From a virus (Duplodnaviria > Caudoviricetes): 64,000 bases of DNA. The position numbers were made by a program, and so were the translations under genes. Location: positions 58,342-122,341 of the IMG/VR virus record IMGVR_UViG_2894097338_000001. One strand, written 5' to 3'. Of the stretch, positions 21,551 to 30,890 are shown in pieces (positions within the stretch are counted from its first letter, which is position 1; the number at the start of each line of letters is the position of its first letter). The notes beneath the pieces were generated by a model. That model was not told the origin of the DNA. It worked only from the letters and a program-made list of their open reading frames with translations, and made no database searches.

Positions 21551-21913
21551 CTATCTGTAACCCTTAAAATTGTCGTGTTTTATTATATATTCTAAACATT
21601 GATTTAGTGTAAAAAATACATCCTGCTTATGATAGCCGCCTCTCAGCTTCTCATTGTTGTCATGATTGGAAAAGTTAGAGTGCTTAAGTGTGACAACCTT
21701 GTTATCATGTTCTATATACCAGTAACCAAATGAAGTTTTTATAACTATGCATTGAGATCCATCTTTAATTGAGAAGTCCTTGATATTGTTTCTATCAAGA
21801 ACCTCCTTGACATACTTTTCACTCCAGTTACTTATTCCATGAGAGTTCTTTCTTATGTGAACCTCTCTCTTCTTTATGCGTTCTTTTCTAATCTGACTAT
21901 TGGTTTTTCTCAT
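21551..21913 (-). CDS. basic hypothetical protein
   Basis: ORF coupled to recombinase stop. Confidence 0.65.
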   Translation of the reverse strand: MRKTNSQIRKERIKKREVHIRKNSHGISNWSEKYVKEVLDRNNIKDFSIKDGSQCIVIKTSFGYWYIEHDNKVVTLKHSNFSNHDNNEKLRGGYHKQDVFFTLNQCLEYIIKHDNFKGYR

Positions 21914-22998
21914 TGTTCTACGATTAACCCTTCCGCGTAGTGTCTATTCTCTGCTTCTCTAGCTATAGCCATCGCCATAGCGTCATCACCTTTTATGATA
22001 GATATAAGCTGTTCTTTTGAAAGATCTTCCAGCTTATCCTTATCTACATCCAATGAAAGAACATATCCACCTTGCTTTGTTCTATCGTCTCCAAGTCTAA
22101 TATATTTAAGTGTTGTCTTTGGATCTTCATGATCTAGGAACTCCATTGTTCTAACTAAATCTTGTGTTCTGTTGTAATATTCTGTACCAGCACCAACTTT
22201 GATCGAGTGAGGAACGTATTCTTTTCCAACAAGTTCTCCATATTCGCTAGTCAATCTTGAAAACATTTGACTACTTATATCTTTAAATACTGGCTCGGTT
22301 CTATCTCCGTGGTAAAACTCTTTGTAGATTCTGTCATATAATGAAGATGGTATAGCTTTCTTGTTAACCTTATTACCTTTATCAAGAATATATGCATTCC
22401 ATCCAAAATTATGATAAGAATCTCCTTCCCATACAATGTCTGCCCATCTTACTTTTTTAAACACCGCTGTTAATCGCGACGCTGTCTTAAACATAAACTC
22501 GGCTGCTAGAGCATACTTATTACCAAGATCTGCATTTCTGCCTGTAAAACGTTCTTCTTTAAGCCATTCAATAAATTCATAAAACTCACTAGCTCCAAGC
22601 TTAGCTCTGGATACTGTATCATCTGAAATGTTTCTTGTCTCTAAGCATGAGATCTTTATATAAGACAAGTCTATTAACTGACTAAAATCTTTAAATCTCT
22701 CCATGTGCGTTACGAATGATCTAATAACACGAATGTAGTATTTAATTGTACTGTTTTGTAACCCTTGTCTTTGTAGCGGTTCGATAAAATTGTTTCTTAC
22801 ATCAGATGGCTTTAAATTCATCCAATGTGCTTCGTTCATTTCTGGTAGTGCACTGATCTTGAATGTCATTTTTGCGAATGTATCAAGTGATTTAAAGTAA
22901 CTAACTTTTGAATTGTCGCTTTCCATTCTATTCAACCAGTCTGTAACTACGGCGTTTAATTCCATCTTTGTTTCTTCCATTGTTTTGACACGTCCCAT
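21910..22998 (-). CDS. tyrosine recombinase/integrase
   Basis: TASR, DKGNK, PHSIK (HxxR variant), LDHED, TTLKY; own promoter TTGACA-17-TATACT at about 23038-23067. Confidence 0.85.
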   Translation of the reverse strand: MGRVKTMEETKMELNAVVTDWLNRMESDNSKVSYFKSLDTFAKMTFKISALPEMNEAHWMNLKPSDVRNNFIEPLQRQGLQNSTIKYYIRVIRSFVTHMERFKDFSQLIDLSYIKISCLETRNISDDTVSRAKLGASEFYEFIEWLKEERFTGRNADLGNKYALAAEFMFKTASRLTAVFKKVRWADIVWEGDSYHNFGWNAYILDKGNKVNKKAIPSSLYDRIYKEFYHGDRTEPVFKDISSQMFSRLTSEYGELVGKEYVPHSIKVGAGTEYYNRTQDLVRTMEFLDHEDPKTTLKYIRLGDDRTKQGGYVLSLDVDKDKLEDLSKEQLISIIKGDDAMAMAIAREAENRHYAEGLIVEQ

Positions 22999-23263
22999 CT
23001 TATAGTTATTATCCGTTACTTCCTTACTGATTGACTTAAGTATACATTCATTTCACCTTGTTGTCAACACGCTCGCCACACTTTTTTAAATAAATATGCC
23101 CCTCCTCAAACAAACGTCTTTAAATCAACGTTGTCATAAGTAATATGCGCCCAAAAATAATACAACACTTATTACTTACCCCTCCTTTAGGTGATTATTT
23201 AATATTTATATTCACCCCTTTTAGCATATTAAATTGATATATAAAATGACTGTTTTATAAATT

Positions 23264-23797
23264 CTATTGTGCTCTTTCAATTTCCACAATTCTTTCGATT
23301 TCCTTAATCGTCGTCTGCATGTCTCCAAAGCTATTTGCTACAACATAATCATAATCTACCATTGTTCTTAGATCATAATCATAGTTTAACATTCTGCCAT
23401 CAATATTGTCTTCCTTCCTGTTTTTCAGCATTTTTACAATATCGTCCTTCTTCGTATGGATAAAAATTCCAACAACTCTGCTGCCATAACATTTTTTAAA
23501 ATCAATATATCCTTGATGAGTTAATATTACATATGCGCATCCATTCGACGTTTTCAGAGAAACTTCATCAACTTCTGTCCCATAGTAATTATTGTACTTT
23601 GTGTCATACTCTACAAAATCTCTAGATAGAAATTCGTCCTTATCTAAAAAATAGTAGTCAATTCCGTCAACCTCTCCATCCCTCTTATCTCTTGTGGTAC
23701 TCGTTACTATTCTATCTCCAATATTATTAACCATACTAAGCACTGACGTCTTTCCACTTCCGCTAGATCCAGATATAACAAAAATTGAATCTTTCAT
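23264..23797 (-). CDS. gmk: guanylate kinase
   Basis: GSSGSGKT, TTRDKRDGEVDGIDYYF, NYYGT. Confidence 0.9.
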   Translation of the reverse strand: MKDSIFVISGSSGSGKTSVLSMVNNIGDRIVTSTTRDKRDGEVDGIDYYFLDKDEFLSRDFVEYDTKYNNYYGTEVDEVSLKTSNGCAYVILTHQGYIDFKKCYGSRVVGIFIHTKKDDIVKMLKNRKEDNIDGRMLNYDYDLRTMVDYDYVVANSFGDMQTTIKEIERIVEIERAQ

Positions 23798-24012
23798 AAA
23801 TCTATTTACACCTCCATTAATAACAAGTTAACTATCGATTTAATAAGCTTGTCTCTTACTATAATTAATTCATTAAATTAATCATTATCTTCTCATTTTT
23901 CTATACTCTTTATTGTGTCCAATAAAATAATGGACGCAAATTTTATATTCTCAATTATGCTAAATAGAAAATTAGTGATAAACATTCATTAATGTTATAT
24001 AAACTTATGGTT

Positions 24013-24414
24013 CTAATAAGGAAGACCTAATGTATACATCAGCCCCCGAACCATAGCTCCTTGCTTAGTTTTTTCTAGAGTTCCAATTCTGTGATGAAAG
24101 TTATCTTTATCTACTGATTGAATGTTACCTGCATGAATTACTGACTTAGAGTGAAGTCCATTCTCTTTACTTACATCTACCACCACATCATTTCTATACT
24201 GCTTCTTTAGGTGTTTGTGTTTAATAGAGGTAACTGGTGCTACCAATACTTGACTCGCTTTGATATTCTCGTGATCAGAAGATAGTACAACACCTGGTCT
24301 GACACCACCTTTTACATGATTTCTGTACTCGCCAAAATCAATTAGATAAATATCTCCCTGCTTAATTTTTAAATATGTTGCTTTTTCTTTGCTGTTACTT
24401 TTAGACTTTTTCAT
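24013..24414 (-). CDS. PemK/MazF-family endoribonuclease
   Basis: IKQGDIYLIDF...GGVRPGVVLS...VLVAPVTS...GLHSKS...IQSVDK. Confidence 0.85.
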   Translation of the reverse strand: MKKSKSNSKEKATYLKIKQGDIYLIDFGEYRNHVKGGVRPGVVLSSDHENIKASQVLVAPVTSIKHKHLKKQYRNDVVVDVSKENGLHSKSVIHAGNIQSVDKDNFHHRIGTLEKTKQGAMVRGLMYTLGLPY

Positions 24415-24418
24415 TAAA

Positions 24419-25030
24419 TTATCCCATTTCCTTTTTATATTTTTTAGTATATACTTCTGTTATATTTTTCCATCCGCCAAAGTTCGCATTAATGTACGAT
24501 AGAGACGGAGTTTTTTCTTTGCTTCTGCGAGCATTGTAATCAACGCTATTAATTATGTTATTTGATTCGATGTAGCTCAATAAAAAATCTAACTGCTCCT
24601 CTTTGGATAGATCCTTAAACTCTGATGAAACATATCTATCCCTTCTCGCTGTAGACGCCTGCTTATTTATAGAATTTCCTTCGTCAACAATATTCAACAC
24701 TCTATACCATCCATCTACGGTCAGTCCAGTTCTTATAACCTTGTTTTTAAAATACTCAAACTTTTGATCCTGCGTCATTTGAGAGAATCCATCTTCTATA
24801 TACTCTAAATCCTTCTGTAGAGCCATTCCATCATACTTTAACCCTATTAATTGCATCACCTGCGACCAAGTTAAATCTGTTCTAGATAAAACGGTAGATG
24901 AAGCTGGTGATGCATCTTTATCCCTTAAGTTATTATAGTCAGTTTTCGAAGGACTTTCGTTGAGATTAAGCCTATATATCTCGTCTCTTAAGGATTTTAG
25001 CATTCTGTAATTATCTTCTAGTATATTCAT
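24419..25030 (-). CDS. protein with two helical repeats resembling homing-endonuclease-associated repeats
   Basis: Start MNILED after AAGGGAG; repeated DYN.R.K..P.....W unit. Confidence 0.55.
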   Translation of the reverse strand: MNILEDNYRMLKSLRDEIYRLNLNESPSKTDYNNLRDKDASPASSTVLSRTDLTWSQVMQLIGLKYDGMALQKDLEYIEDGFSQMTQDQKFEYFKNKVIRTGLTVDGWYRVLNIVDEGNSINKQASTARRDRYVSSEFKDLSKEEQLDFLLSYIESNNIINSVDYNARRSKEKTPSLSYINANFGGWKNITEVYTKKYKKEMG

Positions 25031-25204
25031 GTAGTATATCTCCCTTATCAAATTTCAATGTAATTCATCGTTTGTATATTGACATGCAAACGATGTATAT
25101 TATCAAAAAAATATTCTATTTTACCTGGTGTAATACAATTATACATATGTAATCATTATTACACCAGAGTCTAATAGGGGGGGGTACCCCATTTTTGAAA
25201 ATAT

Positions 25205-25402
25205 CTAGATTTGATTTTTAGATTGGATCTTCCACGAATCGATAGCCTTTGAGACTCTTTGAAATTTCCCTTTTGCCGAATCTAATAGAGCGCTCTTTTC
25301 CTTAAGAGTTCCGTCTAATTCCCAGTCTTCGTAAACATGTCCGCCAAATCTTAAATACTCTCCAAGTACAGACCATTCATCTGCAGTAATGTCATTCTTC
25401 AT
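25205..25402 (-). CDS. hypothetical protein
   Basis: short ORF in array. Confidence 0.55.
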   Translation of the reverse strand: MKNDITADEWSVLGEYLRFGGHVYEDWELDGTLKEKSALLDSAKGKFQRVSKAIDSWKIQSKNQI

Positions 25403-25403
25403 A

Positions 25404-25694
25404 CTAATTCACCCGATCCTTTTCCTTTTCAACTGGAATCCATTCTGGCCAAGAATCAGATATTACCGTAAACTCTGCGCCCTCACAAACCCAATGGTTC
25501 CAATTGCCATGCTTGTCTACGCATAATACTGAGTGCTGTTTTAATTTTGTATAAAACAATCTCTCTCCTAGACCAGCATCCTCTTCTGGTTTCGTAAAGT
25601 CTTCTACGTCAAAGACCTTCCACCATTCATTATTAACAAATATAAATTTCTTATTCTTCATTTCCATATCTCCACTTCTTATTGCTAAATACAT
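25404..25694 (-). CDS. hypothetical protein
   Basis: ORF downstream of boxed promoter at about 25695-25732; true start probably MEMKNKK. Confidence 0.6.
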   Translation of the reverse strand: MYLAIRSGDMEMKNKKFIFVNNEWWKVFDVEDFTKPEEDAGLGERLFYTKLKQHSVLCVDKHGNWNHWVCEGAEFTVISDSWPEWIPVEKEKDRVN

Positions 25695-25765
25695 AATATC
25701 ATCGTTTTGATAAGTTGTAAATACTTATGGCTCAATTATTAAAAAATAAATACAAAACGTTGATA

Positions 25766-26005
25766 CTATCTACTTTTCCACTTTCTATTGGTTCTTTTTA
25801 CAAACTCTTCCCTTGTTCCTATTTCAGTAAATTCACTTTCAAAAACATAAAATTGCTTTCCATTTCCTTCTGGAGTAAATAGGTATTTAGGTGGGAATGT
25901 AGGATATATAATATCCTTAACAATAGTGCCTACAACATTAGTACCGACGATTCTAACTTTAGTTCTGTAGCCAACTGAATCCTGTGTTAAAACTAACTTT
26001 CTCAT
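25766..26005 (-). CDS. hypothetical protein
   Basis: ORF with AAGGAGG RBS. Confidence 0.65.
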   Translation of the reverse strand: MRKLVLTQDSVGYRTKVRIVGTNVVGTIVKDIIYPTFPPKYLFTPEGNGKQFYVFESEFTEIGTREEFVKRTNRKWKSR

Positions 26006-26090
26006 ATAAACCTCCTTCTCATTTAATACAAAAATATAAAAATTGTTATGTTATAATGAACACAAATAACTAATTGGAGTTGAATAATCA

Positions 26091-27029
26091 ATGTATAAAT
26101 ATAAAAATACCTTTATAGACCGCTTGGTTGTGATTATTTTGTTTGTAATGCTTTTATTATTTCTGTTAGGGTACAATCTTTATCAAGCTAAAAAGAATGA
26201 TACTTCAACCATTCAAGCTCCTAACAGTGTCGTTCAAGTCGTAGATGTCAACGATGAAATTTCACATTCATTTTCATTTCAAAGTGATGTCGATGAACTT
26301 TTTTTGATGGAAGTTACCGAGACCTCTCTAGTTCCAATTGCTGATATTAAAAAAAACGGTTCAGAATCGACGATCATTGACTTTAAGTTTTCTAAAGCAA
26401 GTCCAGATAAGCGTGGAAACTTAATTGTAAAATCAAAATTAGACGATGACAAGATTTTAGGTAAAAATATCTATGTTTCTCAAGAAGAATTTAAAGATAA
26501 AGACAAGTATGTTGTAGAATCTCTTGAGAATGGCTTGGAGAAATATGTAGACACAACTCCAATTTCGATTTCTGGAGGTTTGATCGATAGAAAATATAAT
26601 AGCTTAAAGCTTGTTAATTCGTCAGTAGAATATCAAAGAAACTATCTTTCGTTATTGAGAAAAGAAGAGAAAAATAAATCAGAGAAGAACGCTGCCGAAA
26701 AATTAGAGCGAGAAAAGAAAGATGAAATCTCAGCTCGTGAAGACAATAAAGATTTAACCATAAACGAAACCTACAACGACGAAAACTTGAAAAAATTTAC
26801 CATTGAAAACATAACAGAAGGTCAGACTATTGAAATAAGTGGAGAATCCGACGGAGTTGTTACTGCATATCTTAAAACAATCTATGACGAACAAATATCC
26901 AGCGATATTAGTTCTGGCGGTCAATTTTCTTTCTACTTCAACCCGTCTGTTCCAAAAGGAGGTAGCGGTAGTTTCCATGTTGAATTGAAAAATGTAGAAC
27001 CTATCAGTTGGCATATCAAAGTATATTAA
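26091..27029 (+). CDS. membrane-anchored extracellular protein (moron)
   Basis: N-terminal TM; own TGTTATAAT -10 and terminator; opposite strand to neighbours. Confidence 0.8.
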   Translation: MYKYKNTFIDRLVVIILFVMLLLFLLGYNLYQAKKNDTSTIQAPNSVVQVVDVNDEISHSFSFQSDVDELFLMEVTETSLVPIADIKKNGSESTIIDFKFSKASPDKRGNLIVKSKLDDDKILGKNIYVSQEEFKDKDKYVVESLENGLEKYVDTTPISISGGLIDRKYNSLKLVNSSVEYQRNYLSLLRKEEKNKSEKNAAEKLEREKKDEISAREDNKDLTINETYNDENLKKFTIENITEGQTIEISGESDGVVTAYLKTIYDEQISSDISSGGQFSFYFNPSVPKGGSGSFHVELKNVEPISWHIKVY

Positions 27030-27036
27030 ACTTTCG

Positions 27037-27066
27037 AGAGAGTGCTTATGCGCTCTCTTTCTCTTT
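27037..27066 (+). terminator. intrinsic terminator
   Basis: AGAGAGTGC-TTAT-GCGCTCTCT followed by T-rich tail. Confidence 0.7.
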
Positions 27067-27087
27067 ATAAAACCATTCTTTTACCAG

Positions 27088-27369
27088 CTATTTAAAATTC
27101 AAATCAAAATCTGGACTGTATTCCCATCTTTTAAGTTTAAAATAGATAACTTCGTCATGAACTTCTTCTTGAATTTTACTGTCACATACGTCTGTTACTA
27201 CATACAATTTATTGTTTAATTTACATACGCTATCAACATTAACGTCGGAAGAAAAACTACCGAGCTCTCCAATAAAGTTATTGTTTCTGTCATATACTTT
27301 CCAAACATATCCTTCGTAAGATCCAGTACCATGATACGATTGTCTGACAACTAAAGTCTCGTTCATCAT
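27088..27369 (-). CDS. hypothetical protein
   Basis: ORF with GGAGGTG RBS. Confidence 0.7.
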   Translation of the reverse strand: MMNETLVVRQSYHGTGSYEGYVWKVYDRNNNFIGELGSFSSDVNVDSVCKLNNKLYVVTDVCDSKIQEEVHDEVIYFKLKRWEYSPDFDLNFK

Positions 27370-27377
27370 TTCACCTC

Positions 27378-28124
27378 CTAATATTCCCTTTGTTTATGAA
27401 TCTTTCTTGATACAGCTCCGATTTCTTTGTGCATATCAAAATCTCTTTGAAATTCTTCGATTCCACGTTCGTCATGTTCATACTTTTTGGCATGTTTGAA
27501 ATTTGTAAACAACATCCCTCCAGACCAAGACATCCCACGACCTGCATATATCGAATCACGCCCACCTAAATATCCAAAATTTGTATCAATTACTGACACC
27601 CAAACTTTTTCAAATCTTGACATCTGTGATCTAAGCTCTGGAATAAAATTGTCTACATCTAAGAAAATCTCGACAGGTCTACTCCACAACCTACCACTCT
27701 CGTCCTTATATAGAACCAATTCTTCTTCTGTTTCTGTGTGAGTAGAAGCTCCTACAACTTCGTAAATACCACCCTTGTAGTGCTTGTAAAAATCATTTGC
27801 GACTCTTTGTATTGGAGTGTTACTCTCTCCTACTTTCCCTCCATTTAATTTAAGAAAATCTCTAGATTCTTCGCTGCTTAAAACTATCGGCTCTCCAATT
27901 CTTGCCATCAATCTTCCTCCTATAAATAATCTCTTTTCGCAAGATGAACATTTCGCCCATTTATGCTCTTTATGTATCAACACTTCGTACATTCCACCGT
28001 TATCAGTCTCTTCTCCATCGTATCTCAAATGAAACTGACTTCTACCACTTACGGTAGATGTTGTGTAGCAGGTGTCGTGTCCGCAGTGAGGACATTCGTT
28101 TATATCTCCGTGCATATTAATCAA
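27378..28124 (-). CDS. Zn-ribbon plus DUF1653-like fusion protein
   Basis: CPHC...CSSC, then YKHYKGGIYEV...HTETEEELVLY...LWSRP; internal RBS/ATG at 27908. Confidence 0.7.
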   Translation of the reverse strand: MINMHGDINECPHCGHDTCYTTSTVSGRSQFHLRYDGEETDNGGMYEVLIHKEHKWAKCSSCEKRLFIGGRLMARIGEPIVLSSEESRDFLKLNGGKVGESNTPIQRVANDFYKHYKGGIYEVVGASTHTETEEELVLYKDESGRLWSRPVEIFLDVDNFIPELRSQMSRFEKVWVSVIDTNFGYLGGRDSIYAGRGMSWSGGMLFTNFKHAKKYEHDERGIEEFQRDFDMHKEIGAVSRKIHKQREY

Positions 28125-28196
28125 TCCTTTTATTTAGTTTTATTTCTCCAAATTTGTGATATGATAAAATCATAAATTATATTTGGAGGATTTTTT

Positions 28197-28811
28197 ATGT
28201 TTGAATTTACGCAGTTGTTATTGTTAATTTTGAGTTTGTTTTTCTTCTACATGTCTGTTGAAGGATTCGATTTTCAATCCGCTCCTTTTTTTATAGGAGT
28301 AGCCATCTTTGTCTTTTTCATCTACAGATTTGTTAAAAATTCGAAGATTCAAAAGGAAACAAAAATATTGAGAAATCAATTGGTGGCAAAAATAAATCCT
28401 AATGATAAATTCATTTTAAATGTAGGTTCTGAAACGCCAATCATTGCAATTAATGCCGATGAAAAAGTAGTTACTTTACTAAACGAAAATAACGAAGTTA
28501 AATCTTTTAAATTTGAAGAAGTTAACAAGTATGAAATCACAGTAGATGATTCTAGTATCGTTCAAAAAGATTTGGCTGGTGCATTATTTACACCAGCGGC
28601 TTCAAACGTTAGAACTTTTTCTGTCAAAAGATTGCATAGTGCAAAAGTTACCATTTATCTCAACAATTTCGACCATCCTTTCGAAAGTTGTATCATATGG
28701 GGCGGAGCTAAAGTAAAAGAAGGAAGTAGTATATACAAAGAGATAGATAATGAGATTAAAAAAACAACTGCATATTTTGACATCATTGGTTCAGTTGTCA
28801 ATAACAGTTAA
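28197..28811 (+). CDS. two-TM membrane protein with soluble domain (moron)
   Basis: TM hairpin; GGAGG RBS; own terminator; opposite strand. Confidence 0.8.
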   Translation: MFEFTQLLLLILSLFFFYMSVEGFDFQSAPFFIGVAIFVFFIYRFVKNSKIQKETKILRNQLVAKINPNDKFILNVGSETPIIAINADEKVVTLLNENNEVKSFKFEEVNKYEITVDDSSIVQKDLAGALFTPAASNVRTFSVKRLHSAKVTIYLNNFDHPFESCIIWGGAKVKEGSSIYKEIDNEIKKTTAYFDIIGSVVNNS

Positions 28812-28837
28812 AACATACTTGAAAGTATGTTTTTTTT
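28810..28837 (+). terminator. intrinsic terminator
   Basis: AAAACATACTT-GA-AAGTATGTTTT plus T run. Confidence 0.7.
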
Positions 28838-28872
28838 GATAAAATCATTGTTTTATCAACAACGATAAATTT

Positions 28873-29058
28873 CTATTTAATTCGCCCTTTTATAATTATC
28901 CATGACAATACTGCAAAAGGTGTTATTTCGCTTATAGCTCCCAAAACTCTTAAAATGGTTGTAAGTATATAGCTTGGAATGTAGGAAGCTGAAAATAACA
29001 CCAGTCCAGCTATTACATATATCAAAATCGGTATTATGTTATTTTTTAATAAACTCAT
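28873..29058 (-). CDS. small two-TM membrane protein
   Basis: Hydrophobic 61-aa ORF with AAAGGAG RBS. Confidence 0.6.
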   Translation of the reverse strand: MSLLKNNIIPILIYVIAGLVLFSASYIPSYILTTILRVLGAISEITPFAVLSWIIIKGRIK

Positions 29059-29071
29059 TTTTCATTCTCCT

Positions 29072-29407
29072 TTATATATCCATCATTCCAAAAGGCGTAA
29101 CAGCTATACCTTTCATTTCCATTCTCTTCTTGCAATCGTCTATATTATCGAAAGCGTAACTAGCTCCCCAATATGGAGCATATCGACCATCTTTCATGTA
29201 AATGGCTTCTCCTTTGTATTCTTCCACAAAGCGCTTTTCTTTGATGGACTTACAGGCTTCATGGAAGCAATCTGAACAATACGCACCAGTAGATGAAAAG
29301 TCCAAATCTCTTACTATCCTAGCTTCTCTAATAACAAATGAGTGCATATTAAATGGTTTGGAGCAATTGTTACAACTTAGCTTGTGCCTAACCTTTTTCT
29401 TCTCCAT
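29072..29407 (-). CDS. Zn-finger hypothetical protein
   Basis: CNNC...CSDC. Confidence 0.65.
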   Translation of the reverse strand: MEKKKVRHKLSCNNCSKPFNMHSFVIREARIVRDLDFSSTGAYCSDCFHEACKSIKEKRFVEEYKGEAIYMKDGRYAPYWGASYAFDNIDDCKKRMEMKGIAVTPFGMMDI

Positions 29408-29431
29408 ATCTTTTCCTACTTTCTAAAATGA

Positions 29432-29713
29432 TTATTTTAATAACATTCTCTGCATAACACTTAATACCCAGCTATAATTTTTCATTCTAACTAAGTCATT
29501 AGATAGATCTTCTAAGCTAAATTCTTCAGAACATGAAGAGACGCTCCTTACTGTACGCTTACTTATAGACCACGTTGTTTCCAGTAAACCTGCATGAATA
29601 GTAATATTCATACTGTGATCCTGGACTTTGACATATATAAGATCTCCCTTATTCTTCATAACCTCTTCTACGATAACATCTTTAATATCTTCGAATGTTG
29701 TCATTAATATCAA
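29432..29713 (-). CDS. hypothetical protein
   Basis: ORF in array. Confidence 0.6.
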   Translation of the reverse strand: MILMTTFEDIKDVIVEEVMKNKGDLIYVKVQDHSMNITIHAGLLETTWSISKRTVRSVSSCSEEFSLEDLSNDLVRMKNYSWVLSVMQRMLLK

Positions 29714-29800
29714 CCCTCTCTCTATTTATGCTTGATATACTCCCTCAATCTTCCATAATTACCTTTTTACTATCTTTATACTTTTTACTATTCATCTTAT

Positions 29801-30045
29801 CTACCACCCATTACTTCCATGGAACATTTCATCGTCTGGAATTGGTTCCACATAATACTCTCCGTCACCCTCATTAACTTCTTCAATAACTTCAACTGGT
29901 TTAAGTTTAAAAATCCTCCATTTACCATCAAGCTTATCTCTAAACTCATTAGCTGCTTTTTCAGATGTGTGAATATGATTTTCCAATCTAATTTTCCGTT
30001 TCCGCAATCTCTTGCAAGTATATGAAAGTCTGGTTTAATTGCCAT
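29801..30045 (-). pseudogene. probable frameshifted small gene
   Basis: RBS-led MAIKPDF...GKLD frame and protein-like LENHIHTSEK...GW frame differ by 1 nt near 29984. Confidence 0.4.
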
Positions 30046-30229
30046 TCTTAAAACGCTCCTTCCACTTATGGTTGTATTCTAGGTGCCACCATCGACTGTC
30101 GTCTATCCAGTGAGCTTCATCAATTTTATTTTTAAGAAACAAGTTTTTTATTTTGATCCAAAACATTCTTGATGAGTAGTCGCTGCTTTTTCTGTATAAT
30201 TCTTGTATTTCTTCTTTAGTCATTTCCAT
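30035..30229 (-). CDS. hypothetical protein
   Basis: short ORF in array. Confidence 0.55.
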   Translation of the reverse strand: MEMTKEEIQELYRKSSDYSSRMFWIKIKNLFLKNKIDEAHWIDDSRWWHLEYNHKWKERFKNGN

Positions 30230-30232
30230 AGC

Positions 30233-30487
30233 CTACCATTTCCATATCCCTTTTTGCTTCTTCATCCAGTCTTCTACTTCATTAATGCTCTCCAGGAAAT
30301 CTATAGATAAAACAAAGTTAATATCGCTAAGGACACTTTCGGTATACTTAGATTCTAATGTGCCATCGGACAGATTTAGTACCGTAACTTTATCGTCATC
30401 ATCTTCGCAATCAGTTATCATATACATACCAGATACATCTACAACGACATTTCCTGGCTTTAGAACAGATATATATTCCTTTCTCAT
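30233..30487 (-). CDS. hypothetical protein
   Basis: ORF with GAGGAG RBS. Confidence 0.6.
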   Translation of the reverse strand: MRKEYISVLKPGNVVVDVSGMYMITDCEDDDDKVTVLNLSDGTLESKYTESVLSDINFVLSIDFLESINEVEDWMKKQKGIWKW

Positions 30488-30626
30488 TTTGACGACTCCT
30501 CTACTATTTCCAAAATATCGTCGATGATACCATTGATCAAGCCTTCATGTGGCCAATCAATTTCTTTAATTTTATTGTCTCTGTACTCATTAATTTTTTT
30601 AGAAATATCATCCATTTTAATTCCTC

Positions 30627-30890
30627 CTAGTCATTTTCTTTGTTTTGAAAATACTTGTCATAAGTTTCTTTCGTGGCATTAATTTTATTTAAGTCAATAT
30701 CGTCATGCCACTCAAACTCATTTGACTCGTCCTCTCCGACGATTAAATCAGCTCTCCCCATATAGCCTCTTTCAAAAAGGTGAGATAACTCACCTTTGAA
30801 AGCTTCTTTGTTTTCAATTTGATCATTCGCATCAACATAATAAACGGTTGCTTTGTATACTTTAGCCATTGTACATTCCTGCAATTCCAC
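30627..30890 (-). CDS. acidic hypothetical protein
   Basis: ORF; likely start MAKVYK. Confidence 0.6.
   Translation of the reverse strand: MELQECTMAKVYKATVYYVDANDQIENKEAFKGELSHLFERGYMGRADLIVGEDESNEFEWHDDIDLNKINATKETYDKYFQNKEND

Noticed and set aside
20260-26000. Arbitrium aimR/aimP locus
   Set aside because: No TPR/RRNPP receptor or signal-peptide precursor found in the window; it could lie outside it.
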